Positions 37,717 through 48,587 of a stretch of 64,000 nucleotides of DNA are shown here, one piece after another; the stretch's first letter is position 1; every line of letters starts with the position of its first letter. The notes under the pieces were generated by a model, which had not been told where the DNA came from, did no database searches, and saw nothing but the letters and a program-made list of their open reading frames with translations. Location: NCBI GenBank assembly GCA_963703225.1, contig OY969801.1:128001-192000 (forward strand). Direction: 5' to 3'. Both the position numbers and the translations under genes were made by a program. This DNA comes from Candidatus Eiseniibacteriota bacterium. Its GTDB lineage: Bacteria > Eisenbacteria > RBG-16-71-46 > SZUA-252.

Positions 37717-38158
37717 TACGGGCTTTGCGGAGGACGACCGTGGTCCCATGGTCGTCCCGGGTGCGGAAGGTCACCTCGTCCATGAGCTCTCTCATCAAAT
37801 AGAGACCCCTCCCGTGGGGGCTCAAGAGCCTCGATTCATCGGTCGGATTCAGCACCTTCCCCGGATCGAAACCCTGCCCAAAGTCGTCCACCCTCACGTG
37901 AATGTCCCTGGGATCGACGGTGAAGTCGAACGTCACCGACTTGTCCTTGGCGAATGCGTTGCCGTGCTGAATGGCGTTCGTCCCCGCCTCGATGACCGCG
38001 ATCTGGAGCGCGTTCACGGTCTCTTCGTCCAGGTGGTGCTGGCGGGCGAGCGCTTCGATGGCGGAGTAGACTTCGGAGAGCTCTTCGAGACGGCTCCCGA
38101 TCGTGAGCCGGGTGGTGTCGCCCGAATTGCGCGAAGGGTTCCTGGGGGCGGCGCCCAT
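37700..38158 (-). CDS. RsbW-like anti-sigma factor / Ser kinase (HATPase_c_2)
   Basis: EAGTNAIQHG, DFGQGFD, GRGLYLM..LMD. Confidence 0.9.
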   Translation of the reverse strand: MGAAPRNPSRNSGDTTRLTIGSRLEELSEVYSAIEALARQHHLDEETVNALQIAVIEAGTNAIQHGNAFAKDKSVTFDFTVDPRDIHVRVDDFGQGFDPGKVLNPTDESRLLSPHGRGLYLMRELMDEVTFRTRDDHGTTVVLRKARINPGR

Positions 38159-38215
38159 GCGATTAATGTAACAGAATGGCCCGGAATGAGGGCACTGGTT
38201 TGACCTCCCAGGATT

Positions 38216-40444
38216 CTAGTTGGCCTTCAGGGCGACGAGCGTGATGTCGTCCATCTGATCGGCGCCGTCGCTGAACCGGGTCACTTCTTCGGATATGGCG
38301 CGCACGATCTCATCGGCCGTCAGCCGATCCGGCAGCCGCTCGACCAGGGAGATCAGGCGCTCCTCCCCAAAGTCCTCGCCGAGTCGGTTTCGCGCGTCGG
38401 TGATCCCGTCGGTGTACATGACCAGCGCGTCTCCGGGCTCTAGCACGGCCTTCCCCTGCGTGTAGACCACCCCGGGCTCGATCCCCAAGGGGATGCCCCC
38501 CTCGTCCAGGAATCGGCATGCGCCGTTCGCGGATCGGATGATCGGATAGTTGTGTCCCGCGTTCGAAAAGGAGAAGGCTGAGCCGTCCGCGGTCACCTCG
38601 GCCAGGACGCAGGTCGCGAAGCGGTCTTCCGTCGTGGCCTGGTGCACCAGGCGGTTGAGCCGCCCCATCAGCTCTCCCACGGGACGTCGGTCGAGCGCCT
38701 GGGTGCGGATGACGGCCTGGACCATCGAGGCGAGGAGCGCCGCGGGGACCCCCTTTCCGGCCACGTCCGCGATCGCGACCAGGTAGCAGCCCTCTCCCAG
38801 GTCGACCGTGTCGTAGTAGTCGCCGCCCACGGCCTTGCTGGGCGCATTGAGCCCAGCCAAGGAAAATCCCGACGTCAGGGGCAGGCGGCTCGGCAGGAAC
38901 TGCCGTTGAATGCGGCGCGCGACGGCCAGCTCCTCCTCGAGGATTGTTTTTTCCAGGCTGTCCCGGTAGAGAAAGGAGTTCGTCACCGCGACGCTCGTCT
39001 GGTTGGTGAGCGTCTGCAAGAGAGACACCTCGGCGGCCGTGTAACGGCGCTCCGTGATCTTTCGGCCCAGGGCCACCAGCCCCAAGAAATTTCCCGCGTA
39101 GCGAAGCGGGAGGATCAGGTGGGGCTCCGTCGCCAGGAGCGGGGCGAGCGCTCCCTGCTCCCCGCGGTCGCGCGCCAGCGGGGCGACCTCCTCCCGGCGG
39201 AGGATCTCGTTTCCTTCCAGGAAGCGGAGGAGGGAGGCGCGCGGGATCGCCGCGATGGCGGGAAGATCGACCCCGCCGCCAAAACCCCACGCGGAAGACT
39301 CGCGCAGCTCCGGCGCGACCAGGAGCACCGTGGTCCTCGCCGGGACGCCCTCGCGGAGGGTGCCGAGAAGCTTTTCCGCGAGCGTTCCCAGGTCGAGCAC
39401 GGTCAGGACCTCGCCGCTCACCCGCCGCATGATGGTGCGCAGATCTCCGCGGTCGCGCAGGAAGTAGCGGTCGAGCGTCTCCTCCAGCCAGGAGAAGACC
39501 GGCTGGAAGAGCACCAGCGCGAGCATCAGGAAGACGGTCTGGAAGATCGTTGTGTCGACCCCCGCCACCGTCTCCAAGAGCGAGTCGAGCCTGCGGACGA
39601 TCAGCACGTAGACGCCGAACAGGAACACCGATGTGACGGCATAGAGGATCGACTTCCGGGCGATCACGTTCGCGTCGAGGAATCGGTAGCGAACCATGGA
39701 GTAGGCGATGGCCCCGGAGCCGAGCATGAGCGCGAATACGATCAGGCTGGACCGAACCAGGGGCGGCCAGAAGAAATTGAGGAGCACCGGAATCGGAACG
39801 GCCAAGGCGTAGACTCCGGCGCACGACGCGAGCCCGATGAGGATCGTGCGAACCTGGTTCCGGATTCTGGGATTGTCGCTCTGCCGGAAGCTGATCCAGA
39901 GGATGGTGAGCGCGGCGGCGATGTAGCAGATGTTGACCAGCGAGAAGAGGATCTGATGGAACCCGAATATGAGCTGGATCGGAAGTCGGCCGTACTCGAC
40001 GACCTTGGCGCCGAGAGGGTTCCTCGCGATGTTGGCGGCCACCTGTCCCCACCACGCGCCCTGGGTCTGGAGGATCATGAGCATGAGGTGAAACACGTGC
40101 GGCGCGAAGATCCAGAACGCCGCGAGCGGAACCCGCCGGTAGACCCGGTTCAGCTTGGGGTAGACGCAGGCGAAATAGAGAAGCGAGGGGAAGAAGAACT
40201 CCCAGAGGTAGTTGAAGGAGCGGAGGAGGTCGTTCGATCCCGCGCGGCTCGGCCCCATGCTGTTCACCACGAAGCCGATGGCGCCGAGGACCGAACCGAT
40301 CCCGCCCGAGAAGAGCATCAGCGCGGTGGCGCGGTTCGCGCGCTCCCGCGGCGCTTCTCGAAGGATGACGATGCCGAGAAGGATGACGAGGGCGCCGACC
40401 AGAAGGTAGATCAGGGTGATCGGCGTGTTTCCCACGGCGCTCAT
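38216..40444 (-). CDS. Membrane-anchored SpoIIE/RsbU-type PP2C phosphatase (multi-TM + GAF-like + PP2C)
   Basis: VGGDYYD, ADVAGKG, NAGH, YTDG, DDIT; N-terminal region with many TM segments. Confidence 0.9.
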   Translation of the reverse strand: MSAVGNTPITLIYLLVGALVILLGIVILREAPRERANRATALMLFSGGIGSVLGAIGFVVNSMGPSRAGSNDLLRSFNYLWEFFFPSLLYFACVYPKLNRVYRRVPLAAFWIFAPHVFHLMLMILQTQGAWWGQVAANIARNPLGAKVVEYGRLPIQLIFGFHQILFSLVNICYIAAALTILWISFRQSDNPRIRNQVRTILIGLASCAGVYALAVPIPVLLNFFWPPLVRSSLIVFALMLGSGAIAYSMVRYRFLDANVIARKSILYAVTSVFLFGVYVLIVRRLDSLLETVAGVDTTIFQTVFLMLALVLFQPVFSWLEETLDRYFLRDRGDLRTIMRRVSGEVLTVLDLGTLAEKLLGTLREGVPARTTVLLVAPELRESSAWGFGGGVDLPAIAAIPRASLLRFLEGNEILRREEVAPLARDRGEQGALAPLLATEPHLILPLRYAGNFLGLVALGRKITERRYTAAEVSLLQTLTNQTSVAVTNSFLYRDSLEKTILEEELAVARRIQRQFLPSRLPLTSGFSLAGLNAPSKAVGGDYYDTVDLGEGCYLVAIADVAGKGVPAALLASMVQAVIRTQALDRRPVGELMGRLNRLVHQATTEDRFATCVLAEVTADGSAFSFSNAGHNYPIIRSANGACRFLDEGGIPLGIEPGVVYTQGKAVLEPGDALVMYTDGITDARNRLGEDFGEERLISLVERLPDRLTADEIVRAISEEVTRFSDGADQMDDITLVALKAN

Positions 40445-40448
40445 GAAC

Positions 40449-42970
40449 TCAGCGGACCGGCTCCGCCTCCATCGGGAGAACTTCGCCAGGGGTCAGGAGG
40501 AGCGGGCGGCCCGGCTGGTCCAGAATCTCCTGGAGCGCGCGTGCCTCGTAGGTGAGCGCCGCCGCAGGCTCCTGGCCGCCGAGTCCGCTTCCGGACGAGA
40601 ACCCGCCGAATCGGGCCCCCGAGGCAACCGCTCCCTGAAGGAACCCGGGAATCTTGAAGAGGCCGGGCTTGGGGTACTCGACGATGTTCACCTTCTGGCC
40701 CGCCGGGATGCCTGCCGCCATCTTCGCGGCGTCGATCGTCTCGTCGAGGGTGGCGACGCGGTCCACCAGCTTGGTCTGAACGCCCGGTCGGCCCAGGTAG
40801 ACACGTCCCTCGCCCAACTCGCGGACGCGCTCGACGGGGAGCCTCCTCGCGGTCGCGACCTTCCGGGTGAAGTCGTCGTAAAGCCCGGCGAATGTCCGCT
40901 CGATCTGCTTCCGTTCCGACGCGTCCAGGTTCCGCTCGGGGATGTTGGCGCCCAGAATCGGCAGGCGGAGGCCGCCGAGCAGATCGGCGCTCTTTCCCAC
41001 CTGGACGTGATCCGATGAGAAGCCGGTTTTCTTCCCGAAGCCCGCGTCCCAGACCCAACCGCCGATGACCCCGATCGAGGCCGTTACCGTGAACGGCGTC
41101 ACCATGATCGAGTCGGCGTCCATGCTGATCCAGTAGCCCCCGCTCGCGGCGACGCGGCCCTGGCTCACGAGGATCGGCTTCTTTGCCTTCTTGAGCGCGC
41201 GGAGCTCGTCCGCGACCAAGTCGGAGGCAAGCGGATCGCCACCGGGCGAATCGGCGCGCATCACCACCGCCTTCACCCGGCGGTTCTCGCGGAGCTTTCG
41301 AATCGCCTTGGAGCTTTCCCGCGCCTTGATTCCTTCATCCATCGCGCACGGGCCAAGCTGGTAGACGAGCGCGATCGTCGGCTTGGCGCCCCATTGTTCG
41401 TTCGGCGTCCACCGCCGGGCCGAGACGGCCGGGTAGGAGAGCGTCGTCGCGCCCCGTCCACCGACCATTCGAACGGCGGCCTTCAAGTCGGACGGGCGGC
41501 CCACCTGGTCGACCCACTTGAGCTCCTGGAGCCGGCTGGCTCCTGAGAACGGCTCGGCATTCACGACCTGGTCGAACCGCGCGCGCGTGGTGCGCCCGGT
41601 GGCGGCTACGCCCGATGCGACCTCTTCATACGCCGCGTCGACCAGCGCCTGGAACTGTTCCCGATCGGCGTCCGACATGTTGTCGCGCGAGAACGTTTCC
41701 ATGGCCGACTTGTACTTGTAATAACGCCACTCGTCGAACCCGAGGCCAAGCTTCTCGAGAAGGCCCTTCATGTACGTGCGGGAGACCTGTACCCCGGGCA
41801 TGATGAGGTAGCCGCGCGGATCCATGACGAGGCGGTCGGCGACGGAGGCCAGGTAGTAGCCCGCCATGTTCAGGTTGTCGGCGTAGATCACCACCTTCTT
41901 ACCACGCTGCTTGAGGGCGATTAGTTTCTCCCGAAGCTCCCACGTCATGGCGATGTTCGCCTGGAGCCCGGATAGGTTCAGAACCACCCCGCCGACCGTC
42001 GGATCGTCGATCGCGAACTGGAGCTTCTCGGTAATGGTCCGGAGGGGGACGGATCCCGTGTCCCAGTACCGGTAGGACTGGTAGGTGACCTGGCCCTTCA
42101 TGTCCATTTCGATGAAGCGCCGGCCGCGGCTTCGGCGCGCGTCGAGGTCGATGCCCCGAACCGGCGGGTTCAGCCGGATGGCGTAGCCCGTGGCGCCGCG
42201 GTTCCCGTTGTCGTCGTAGTGCGGCGTGGCGCGAAATCCGTTTCGCTGCAGCGTGACCCCGAAGGTGAGCTGAAAGCGGTCGTCGTCGTTGTAGCGGATC
42301 GCGGCCAAGAGCCCGGGAATCGGCCGCACCTCGACCCCGCCGGCCATCGGGCCGTCGTCCCAGCCGCTGCCCGCGGCTGATCGAGTAGTCGCCGAAGATC
42401 GTGACCCGCGGATCGCCGAGCGGGCGGATCCCGACGTCGACCACCCCGTCGAGGTCGCCCCCCTGGAAGCGCCGCGCGGCCGACGGTGCCGATCGAGAGC
42501 CAGTGGGACGGCCGCGCGATGTCGCCGAGAGAAATGAAGTTCTCGCGCCCGAACGCCCCCTTGCCAGGCCCGGAGAATCCAAAGGCGAATCCGCCGTAGT
42601 GGTCGCCCGACCCGCTGCCCAGGCCGATCTGGTAGTCGGTCACGTCGCTCGGACCGGTCGAGCCCTGCTCGTCGTGGCGGCGGATGGAAAGGCCGAGCCC
42701 CTGCCCCATGGAGAGGCCCCAGTTGTCCATATGGTTGGGCCGCACGTTCTGGTCCGACCAGAAAAAGGAAAGCTCGGGCTTCTCCAAGACGCCCCACTGG
42801 GCGGGATTGAACATCGCCCCGATCGCGCCGTCGTCGGTCGACGGCGTGGTGGCGAGGATGTCCGCGTCCTGCGTGTAGGGTGGGAGTCCCTCCCACGCGT
42901 ACGAGGGGAACGGGATCGTGGCGAGAAGCAATGCCGCCGATGCGGCCGTCAACGCGCGTCGAAGATTCAT
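40449..42970 (-). CDS. sppA: SppA (S49) signal peptide peptidase with N-terminal beta-rich extension (two frameshifts near 42470 and 42370)
   Basis: Signal peptide from ATG 42970 (ATGA overlap with terC); YYLASVAD, KYKSAME, DSPGG, AASGGYW, EGRVY. Confidence 0.85.
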
Positions 42971-43704
42971 GATTCGACCAGGTCCTCTGCCTTTCCGGCG
43001 GCCTTGCCCTCTTTCGGCCGCTCCTTTCGCTTCGCGTAGATCGCGCTCACGCCTAGGAGCACGAGCATCACCGTGATGGAAAGCCATCGAGGAATCTCCC
43101 AACCGATCCAGTGGATCGCGTGGGCGTATTCGATGAGAAGCTTCACGCCCACCCACGCGACGATGACGTAGGCGCCGTCGACGATCGCCGGAAAACGCCG
43201 GACGATGTCGAGCAGCTGCCCGATCAGGAGGCGCATCGCGATGATCCCGAGAACGCCGCCCGTGATGATAACCCACACTTTGCGCGACATCGCGACGGCC
43301 ACGAGAATCGAGTCGATGGCGAAGACGATGTCGGTCAGCTCGACCCGGACGACCGTGCTCCAGAAGGCGGAGAGCGCCAGGATGGTCGCGATCGGCCGGA
43401 CGGCGCCGGGCGACGATTCGTCGGGATGGTGCCAGAAGTGCTTCACGGGAAGATAGAGGAGGTAGGCGGCTCCGACCAGCTTCACCCATTCCCAGTGGAT
43501 GATGTAGGTCGCGAAGAAGGTGGCGATGACCCGAAAGCCCAGCGCCCCCGCGATGCCGTAACGGAGCGCGCGCTTCTGCTGCGCGGGCGGAAGCGGAAGG
43601 ACCAGGACCGCGAGCACCAGGGCGTTGTCGGCGCTCAGGGCCGCCTCGAGCAGCACAAGGAGCCCGATGGTGAGGAGGTCGGTCCATTCGACAGGGAAGG
43701 GCAT
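42967..43704 (-). CDS. TerC family membrane protein
   Basis: LEAALSADNALVL, VELTDIVFAIDSILVAVA. Confidence 0.92.
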   Translation of the reverse strand: MPFPVEWTDLLTIGLLVLLEAALSADNALVLAVLVLPLPPAQQKRALRYGIAGALGFRVIATFFATYIIHWEWVKLVGAAYLLYLPVKHFWHHPDESSPGAVRPIATILALSAFWSTVVRVELTDIVFAIDSILVAVAMSRKVWVIITGGVLGIIAMRLLIGQLLDIVRRFPAIVDGAYVIVAWVGVKLLIEYAHAIHWIGWEIPRWLSITVMLVLLGVSAIYAKRKERPKEGKAAGKAEDLVES

Positions 43705-43761
43705 GGAGCGAAGACTTTACCCCAATTCGGGGGGGTGGTTCGGGCGGTTCGAGGCCGGCCG

Positions 43762-45900
43762 CTAGGTCTTGGCGCGGAGGTCGGCGCTCTGGAGCGCAGG
43801 TCGATACATGGTCCCGACGTACTCCTTCATCATGCGCCGAGCCGAGAAGGCGGGGGTGACCGTCTGGATCGCGTGGCGGACCACCTGGAGCCAGCCGTGC
43901 GGGATTCCGTCCGGGTCCCGCTCATAGTAGAGCGGCACGATCGTCTCTTCGAAGAGGCGATAGAGCCCTTCGGCGTCTCGCGCGTCGGCGTCGTCGCGCC
44001 CCCGCGTCGCCGCCAAACGCCCAGCCGTTCTTGCCGTCGAATCGCCTCTCCCCACCATCCGTCGAGAATGCTCGCGCTTGGCACCCCGTTCAGGCGCCGC
44101 CTTCATCCCGCTCGTGCCGGAGGCCTCTTGGGGCGCCCGCGGGTTGTTCAGCCAAAGATCGACGCCCTGGACCAGCCAATGCGCCGCGTGCATGTCGTAG
44201 TCCTCGAGGAACGCGATCCGCCCGGCCGCGGCCGGATCGCGGGCCGCGCGGTAGACCGACTGCAGAATTTCCTTCCCTTGCTCGTCCGCGGGGTGCGCCT
44301 TTCCCGCGAAGATGATCTGGACCGGCCTGCGCGGGTCCGTCAGGATCGCGTGGAGCCTGGAGGGGTCGCGCAGGATGAGCGCGGCGCGCTTGTAGGTGGC
44401 GAATCGCCTGGCGAAGCCGATCGTGAACGCGGCGGGATCGAGGAGTGAGCCGAAGGCGACCGCCTGGCCAGGGTCGACGTGGCTCGATGACCACCGGTGG
44501 CGGACGCGGTCGCGGAGAAAATGGATCAGGGCGTCCTTCAAGTTCCGGCGGATTTCCCAGAACGATTCGTCCGGTATCGCCGCGATGCCATCCCAAAGCG
44601 CGGGGTCGTCGTGGCGCGCCATCCAGTCTTCGGCGAGCTTCGACTTGTAGAGCCGGTCCAATTCCCCCGAAATCCAGGTGGGCACGTGCACGCCGTTCGT
44701 GATCGATCCGATCGGTACCTGGTCTTCGGGTAGGCCGGGCCAGAGATCCCGCCACATCGCTCGCGAAACCTCGCCGTGCCGACGGCTCACCGCGTTCACG
44801 CGCCCGCTCAACCTGATGGCGAGCGCGGTCATGTTGAACGCCGGGCCCCAAGCCGCCGGATGCGTCGCCATGCTGTAGAGCCGCTCGCGGTAGGCGTCGA
44901 CCGCGGCGCCGAAGTCACCCAGCCGCTCGATGTAGGTCTCGACGAGCGGGAACGGGAACGCGTCGTGCCCCGCGGCGACCGGGGTGTGGGTCGTGAATAC
45001 CGTCGATGCGCGCACCTCTTCCACCGCGCGGTCGAACTCAACGCCGGCCGCGACGTGCTCACGAAGGCGCTCGACCATCATCAGGGCCGTGTGCCCCTCG
45101 TTCGCGTGCCATACCGTCGGCTTGATGCCGAGCGCGCGAAGAGCGCGAACGCCTCCGATGCCCAGAATGATTTCTTGCAAGAGGCGGGCGCTCTGATCGC
45201 CGCCGTAGAGCCGGCCGGTCAACTCGCGGTCCCAGGGGGCGTTTCCGTCGAGATCGGAATCGAGCAGGTACAGGACGCTCCTCCCGATCAGGACCTTCCA
45301 AGCGGCGACGTGGAGCATCCGGTCAGGCAGCGTCAGCGCGATCCGGATCGGCGTGCCATCGTGCGCGCGCGCGGGGGCCACCGCGACTCGCTCTCGGTCG
45401 ATCTGCTCGTAGACTTCCTCCTGACGACCTTCCGCGTTCACATGCTGGCGGAAATATCCCTGCGGATACATGAATCCGACCCCGACCAGCGGAATCCCGA
45501 GATCGCTCGCTTCCTTGGTGATGTCACCCGCGAGGACACCGAGGCCGCCGGCGTAGAGCGGGAGCGAGTTGTGGAGGCCGTACTCGGCCGAGAAGAACGC
45601 GAGCTGAAATCGAGAGAGTTTCGGATGGCGCTCCGTCCACCAGTTGTTCCCGCCGAGAACCGCGGCGTCGAATGCCGTGAGTACCGCGGCGTACCGTCGC
45701 AAGGTGTCGGGATCTTCGGCTGCGCGGGTGAGACGCTCGGGAGTGATCTCGTGGAGTAGGCGGACCGGGTTGTGGCGGGTCTCGCGCCAGAGGGTTTCAT
45801 CGAGCCCGCGGAATAGGTCGCGGGCGTCGGAATGCCAGGACCACCAGAGGTTCTGGGCCAGCTCGGGGAGTCGTTCCAGGGTGCGGGGCATCGGTTGCAT
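43762..45900 (-). CDS. glgP: Alpha-glucan phosphorylase (compensating frameshifts at about 44000-44095)
   Basis: NLWWSW, YAGGLGVLAGD, NEGH, TTHTPV, ARRFATYKR, AGKAHP, EASGTSGMK (PLP Lys). The conserved ILDGWW segment is in another frame. Alternative GTG start at 45918. Confidence 0.93.
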   Translation of the reverse strand: MQPMPRTLERLPELAQNLWWSWHSDARDLFRGLDETLWRETRHNPVRLLHEITPERLTRAAEDPDTLRRYAAVLTAFDAAVLGGNNWWTERHPKLSRFQLAFFSAEYGLHNSLPLYAGGLGVLAGDITKEASDLGIPLVGVGFMYPQGYFRQHVNAEGRQEEVYEQIDRERVAVAPARAHDGTPIRIALTLPDRMLHVAAWKVLIGRSVLYLLDSDLDGNAPWDRELTGRLYGGDQSARLLQEIILGIGGVRALRALGIKPTVWHANEGHTALMMVERLREHVAAGVEFDRAVEEVRASTVFTTHTPVAAGHDAFPFPLVETYIERLGDFGAAVDAYRERLYSMATHPAAWGPAFNMTALAIRLSGRVNAVSRRHGEVSRAMWRDLWPGLPEDQVPIGSITNGVHVPTWISGELDRLYKSKLAEDWMARHDDPALWDGIAAIPDESFWEIRRNLKDALIHFLRDRVRHRWSSSHVDPGQAVAFGSLLDPAAFTIGFARRFATYKRAALILRDPSRLHAILTDPRRPVQIIFAGKAHPADEQGKEILQSVYRAARDPAAAGRIAFLEDYDMHAAHWLVQGVDLWLNNPRAPQEASGTSGMKAAPERGAKREHSRRMVGRGDSTARTAGRLAATRGRDDADARDAEGLYRLFEETIVPLYYERDPDGIPHGWLQVVRHAIQTVTPAFSARRMMKEYVGTMYRPALQSADLRAKT

Positions 45901-45951
45901 GTCGCGAAAGAGTGCCACAGGTTGCCCCCGCAGCGCTAGACTCCCCGGCCC

Positions 45952-47449
45952 ATGACTCGAAGCGCAGGAATTCTCCTTCATCCCACGTCATTGCCCGGTC
46001 CCTACGGCATTGGGGATATCGGACCCGGAGCCGTGCAGTTCCTCGACTGGGCCGCGTCGGCCGGAGTGGGCGTCTGGCAGGTCTTGCCCCTGGGCCCCAC
46101 CGGGCTCGGAAACTCGCCGTACAGCGCACTTTCGGTCTTCGCCGGGAACCCGCTCCTGATCTCCGCGCAGTGGATGCTGGAAGAGGGTTTCCTCGCCGAG
46201 GAGACGCTGGGCGAGGTGCCCGAGATGTCGGACGGGCCCATCGATTTTGAGCGCGCGCGGAAGTGGAAGGAACGGATGCTCCACGCGGGGTGGGAGTACG
46301 TCCGCGCCGGGAACGATCGCGGCCTCGCGTTCGGCGCGTGACGGCGTGCGCGAAATCGTGGAGTCGCCGCGGAACGCGGCGTGGCTGCCCGATTGGACGC
46401 TCTACGCTTCGATCAAGGAGCGGCAGGACGGGGCCGCGTGGACGGAGTGGTACCCGCCCGTCGCGCGTCGCGTCTCGGCAGCGCTTGAAGCCTCCGAGCG
46501 TACGGTTGTCGTCGACCGCGAATTTCAAGCGTTCGTGCAGTGGCTCTTCGCGAGGCAGTGGCGGCGTGTCCATGACGCGGCACGGGAGCGGGGTATCGCG
46601 ATCATGGGCGACGTGCCGATCTACCCCGCGCTCGACTCGGCCGAGGTCTGGGCGCGGCAGGATCTGTTTACGCTTGGGAAAGACGGTCAACCGGAGGAGG
46701 TTGCCGGCGTGCCTCCCGACTACTTCAGCGAGACCGGACAGCTCTGGGGCAACCCGCTCTATCGGTGGGACCGGATGGAAGCGGAGGGATTCGCGTGGTG
46801 GATCGCACGGATGCGCGCCGCGCTCGAGACCTTTGACCGGGTGCGGCTCGATCACTTCCGGGCGTTCGCCGCCTACTGGGCGGTGCCGGCCGAGGCAAGG
46901 ACTGCCGAGGAGGGGCGGTGGATCCAGGGTCCCGGGATGAAGCTCTTTGAGGCCTTGCGCGCCGCCCTGGGCGATTTGCCGATCGTGGCCGAAGATCTTG
47001 GGATTATCGACGAGCCGGTGCGAACACTGCTCCGCGCGACCGGATTCCCTGGCATGCACGTGCTTCAGTTCGGGCTGACCGATCGGACGAGCACGCATCA
47101 TCCAGACCATCACGTCGAGAACTCGGTCGTCTACACGGGCACCCACGACAACGACACGGCGCGCGGGTGGTTCGAGCAGCTCGAGCCCGAGGATCGGGAG
47201 CTCGTGTTGAGCGCGATCGACGGTGACGGGAGCGAGATCGAGTGGGACATGATCCACGCCGCGCTGGAGTCTCCCGCTCGACTCGCGATCATCCCGATGC
47301 AGGACCTGCTCGGCCTCGGAAGTGAAGCCCGCATGAACACGCCCTCCCTAGCCGAAGGGAACTGGGAATGGCGGATGGGCGAGGGCGCGCTCACTCCTGA
47401 GCGTGCGGCGCGGCTTCGGGGAATCGTAGAGTCTTCAAGGAGAGGTTAG
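45952..47449 (+). CDS. malQ: 4-alpha-glucanotransferase (frameshift at about 46310-46340)
   Basis: GILLHPTSLPG, WQVLPLGPT; GDVPIY, GVPPDYFS, RLDHFR, AEDLG, YTGTHDNDT. Confidence 0.93.
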
Positions 47450-47510
47450 TTTCCCACTTCGGCGCGGGTCCTTGTGGAGGGCCCTGGCACCCGAAAAGTC
47501 AACGATAGCA

Positions 47511-48587
47511 TCACTCTCGCACCCTCGCCTTCGCCGCCGCCTGCCATGCGTGGAGCACCAGTGCGACCGTGATCACCGCGTAGGCCACGAACACACGGAA
47601 GTACTCGCCGATTTGCGCGTCGCCGGCCAACGCCTTCCCCGCCAGCGGCGAGACCACGAACAGCGTGTGAAACAAGACCGTCCCCAGTAACGCCTGGCCG
47701 ACCGTGGCCCGCGAAACCGTCGCCCCGGACACCAACAAAGCCGCGATCGCGAACATCCCGACCTGCTCGTGCGAGTTGTAGGTGTTGAGCGTCCCGATGT
47801 TCTGCAAGAAGAGCAGTTGCCCCCAAGACGCGAAGACGGTCGAGAGCACCGTCGCGATCACGCGGTTTCGCTCCACGGGGATGCCCGCGATCGCGGCGAC
47901 GTGATCGTCCTGGCCCATGGCGCGGAGCTGCTGTCCGAGGCGGGTGCGCATGAAGAAGAGCGTGAACGCACAGAAGGCGGCGACCACCGCATAGGTGACT
48001 ACCGGGACACGCAGCAACCGCCCCTCGACCGGCAAGTTCACCGCGATCAGATCGTCGATCGCGTACTGGATGGTGGTGAGGTCGACGGTGTTGCGTAGCC
48101 CGTAGCCCTGGGGAAGGACCATGGCGCGATTGTGGAAGGGGATCAGCGAGCCCAGGGCGAACAGAAAGAGGAGCTGGTAGACGCCGTTCGCGAAGAAGCC
48201 GGCGATGAGGCCCGAGACCATTTCCCGCCCCTTCGCCTTGTTGAAGAGAGTCCCGGTCGCGATCCCGAGCAACACCGCGAGGGGTGTCGCGAGGAGCCAC
48301 GCGAGGCCGAACCCGCCGATCCCGCCGACCCCCCAGTGGACCACGAAGATCGCCGCGGCCTGTCCCGCCATGGCGCCGATGACGATCCCAAAGTTGAGCC
48401 CGAGACCCGCGAGGATCGGGATCAGGAGTGCTAAGACCAAGACCGAGTTCCGGCCGACGCGAAGCAGCATCTCGCCCAGCAAAAACGAGGGCGTGAGCTT
48501 GGCGACCCAAATTCCAGAGACGCAGAGAATGGCGAAGAGGATCGGGACGGAATGCCGGAGGAGCCAACGACCGAGGCGGGGGACCAT
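47511..48587 (-). CDS. ABC transporter permease (BPD_transp_2-like)
   Basis: Multiple TM segments, GLGLNFG, TRLGQQLRAMG..A..AGI. Confidence 0.88.
   Translation of the reverse strand: MVPRLGRWLLRHSVPILFAILCVSGIWVAKLTPSFLLGEMLLRVGRNSVLVLALLIPILAGLGLNFGIVIGAMAGQAAAIFVVHWGVGGIGGFGLAWLLATPLAVLLGIATGTLFNKAKGREMVSGLIAGFFANGVYQLLFLFALGSLIPFHNRAMVLPQGYGLRNTVDLTTIQYAIDDLIAVNLPVEGRLLRVPVVTYAVVAAFCAFTLFFMRTRLGQQLRAMGQDDHVAAIAGIPVERNRVIATVLSTVFASWGQLLFLQNIGTLNTYNSHEQVGMFAIAALLVSGATVSRATVGQALLGTVLFHTLFVVSPLAGKALAGDAQIGEYFRVFVAYAVITVALVLHAWQAAAKARVRE

Noticed and set aside
44000..44095. Programmed frameshifting or divergent insertion in glgP
   Set aside because: The conserved sequence is recoverable in neighbouring frames and there is no slippery heptamer; best explained as indel errors.
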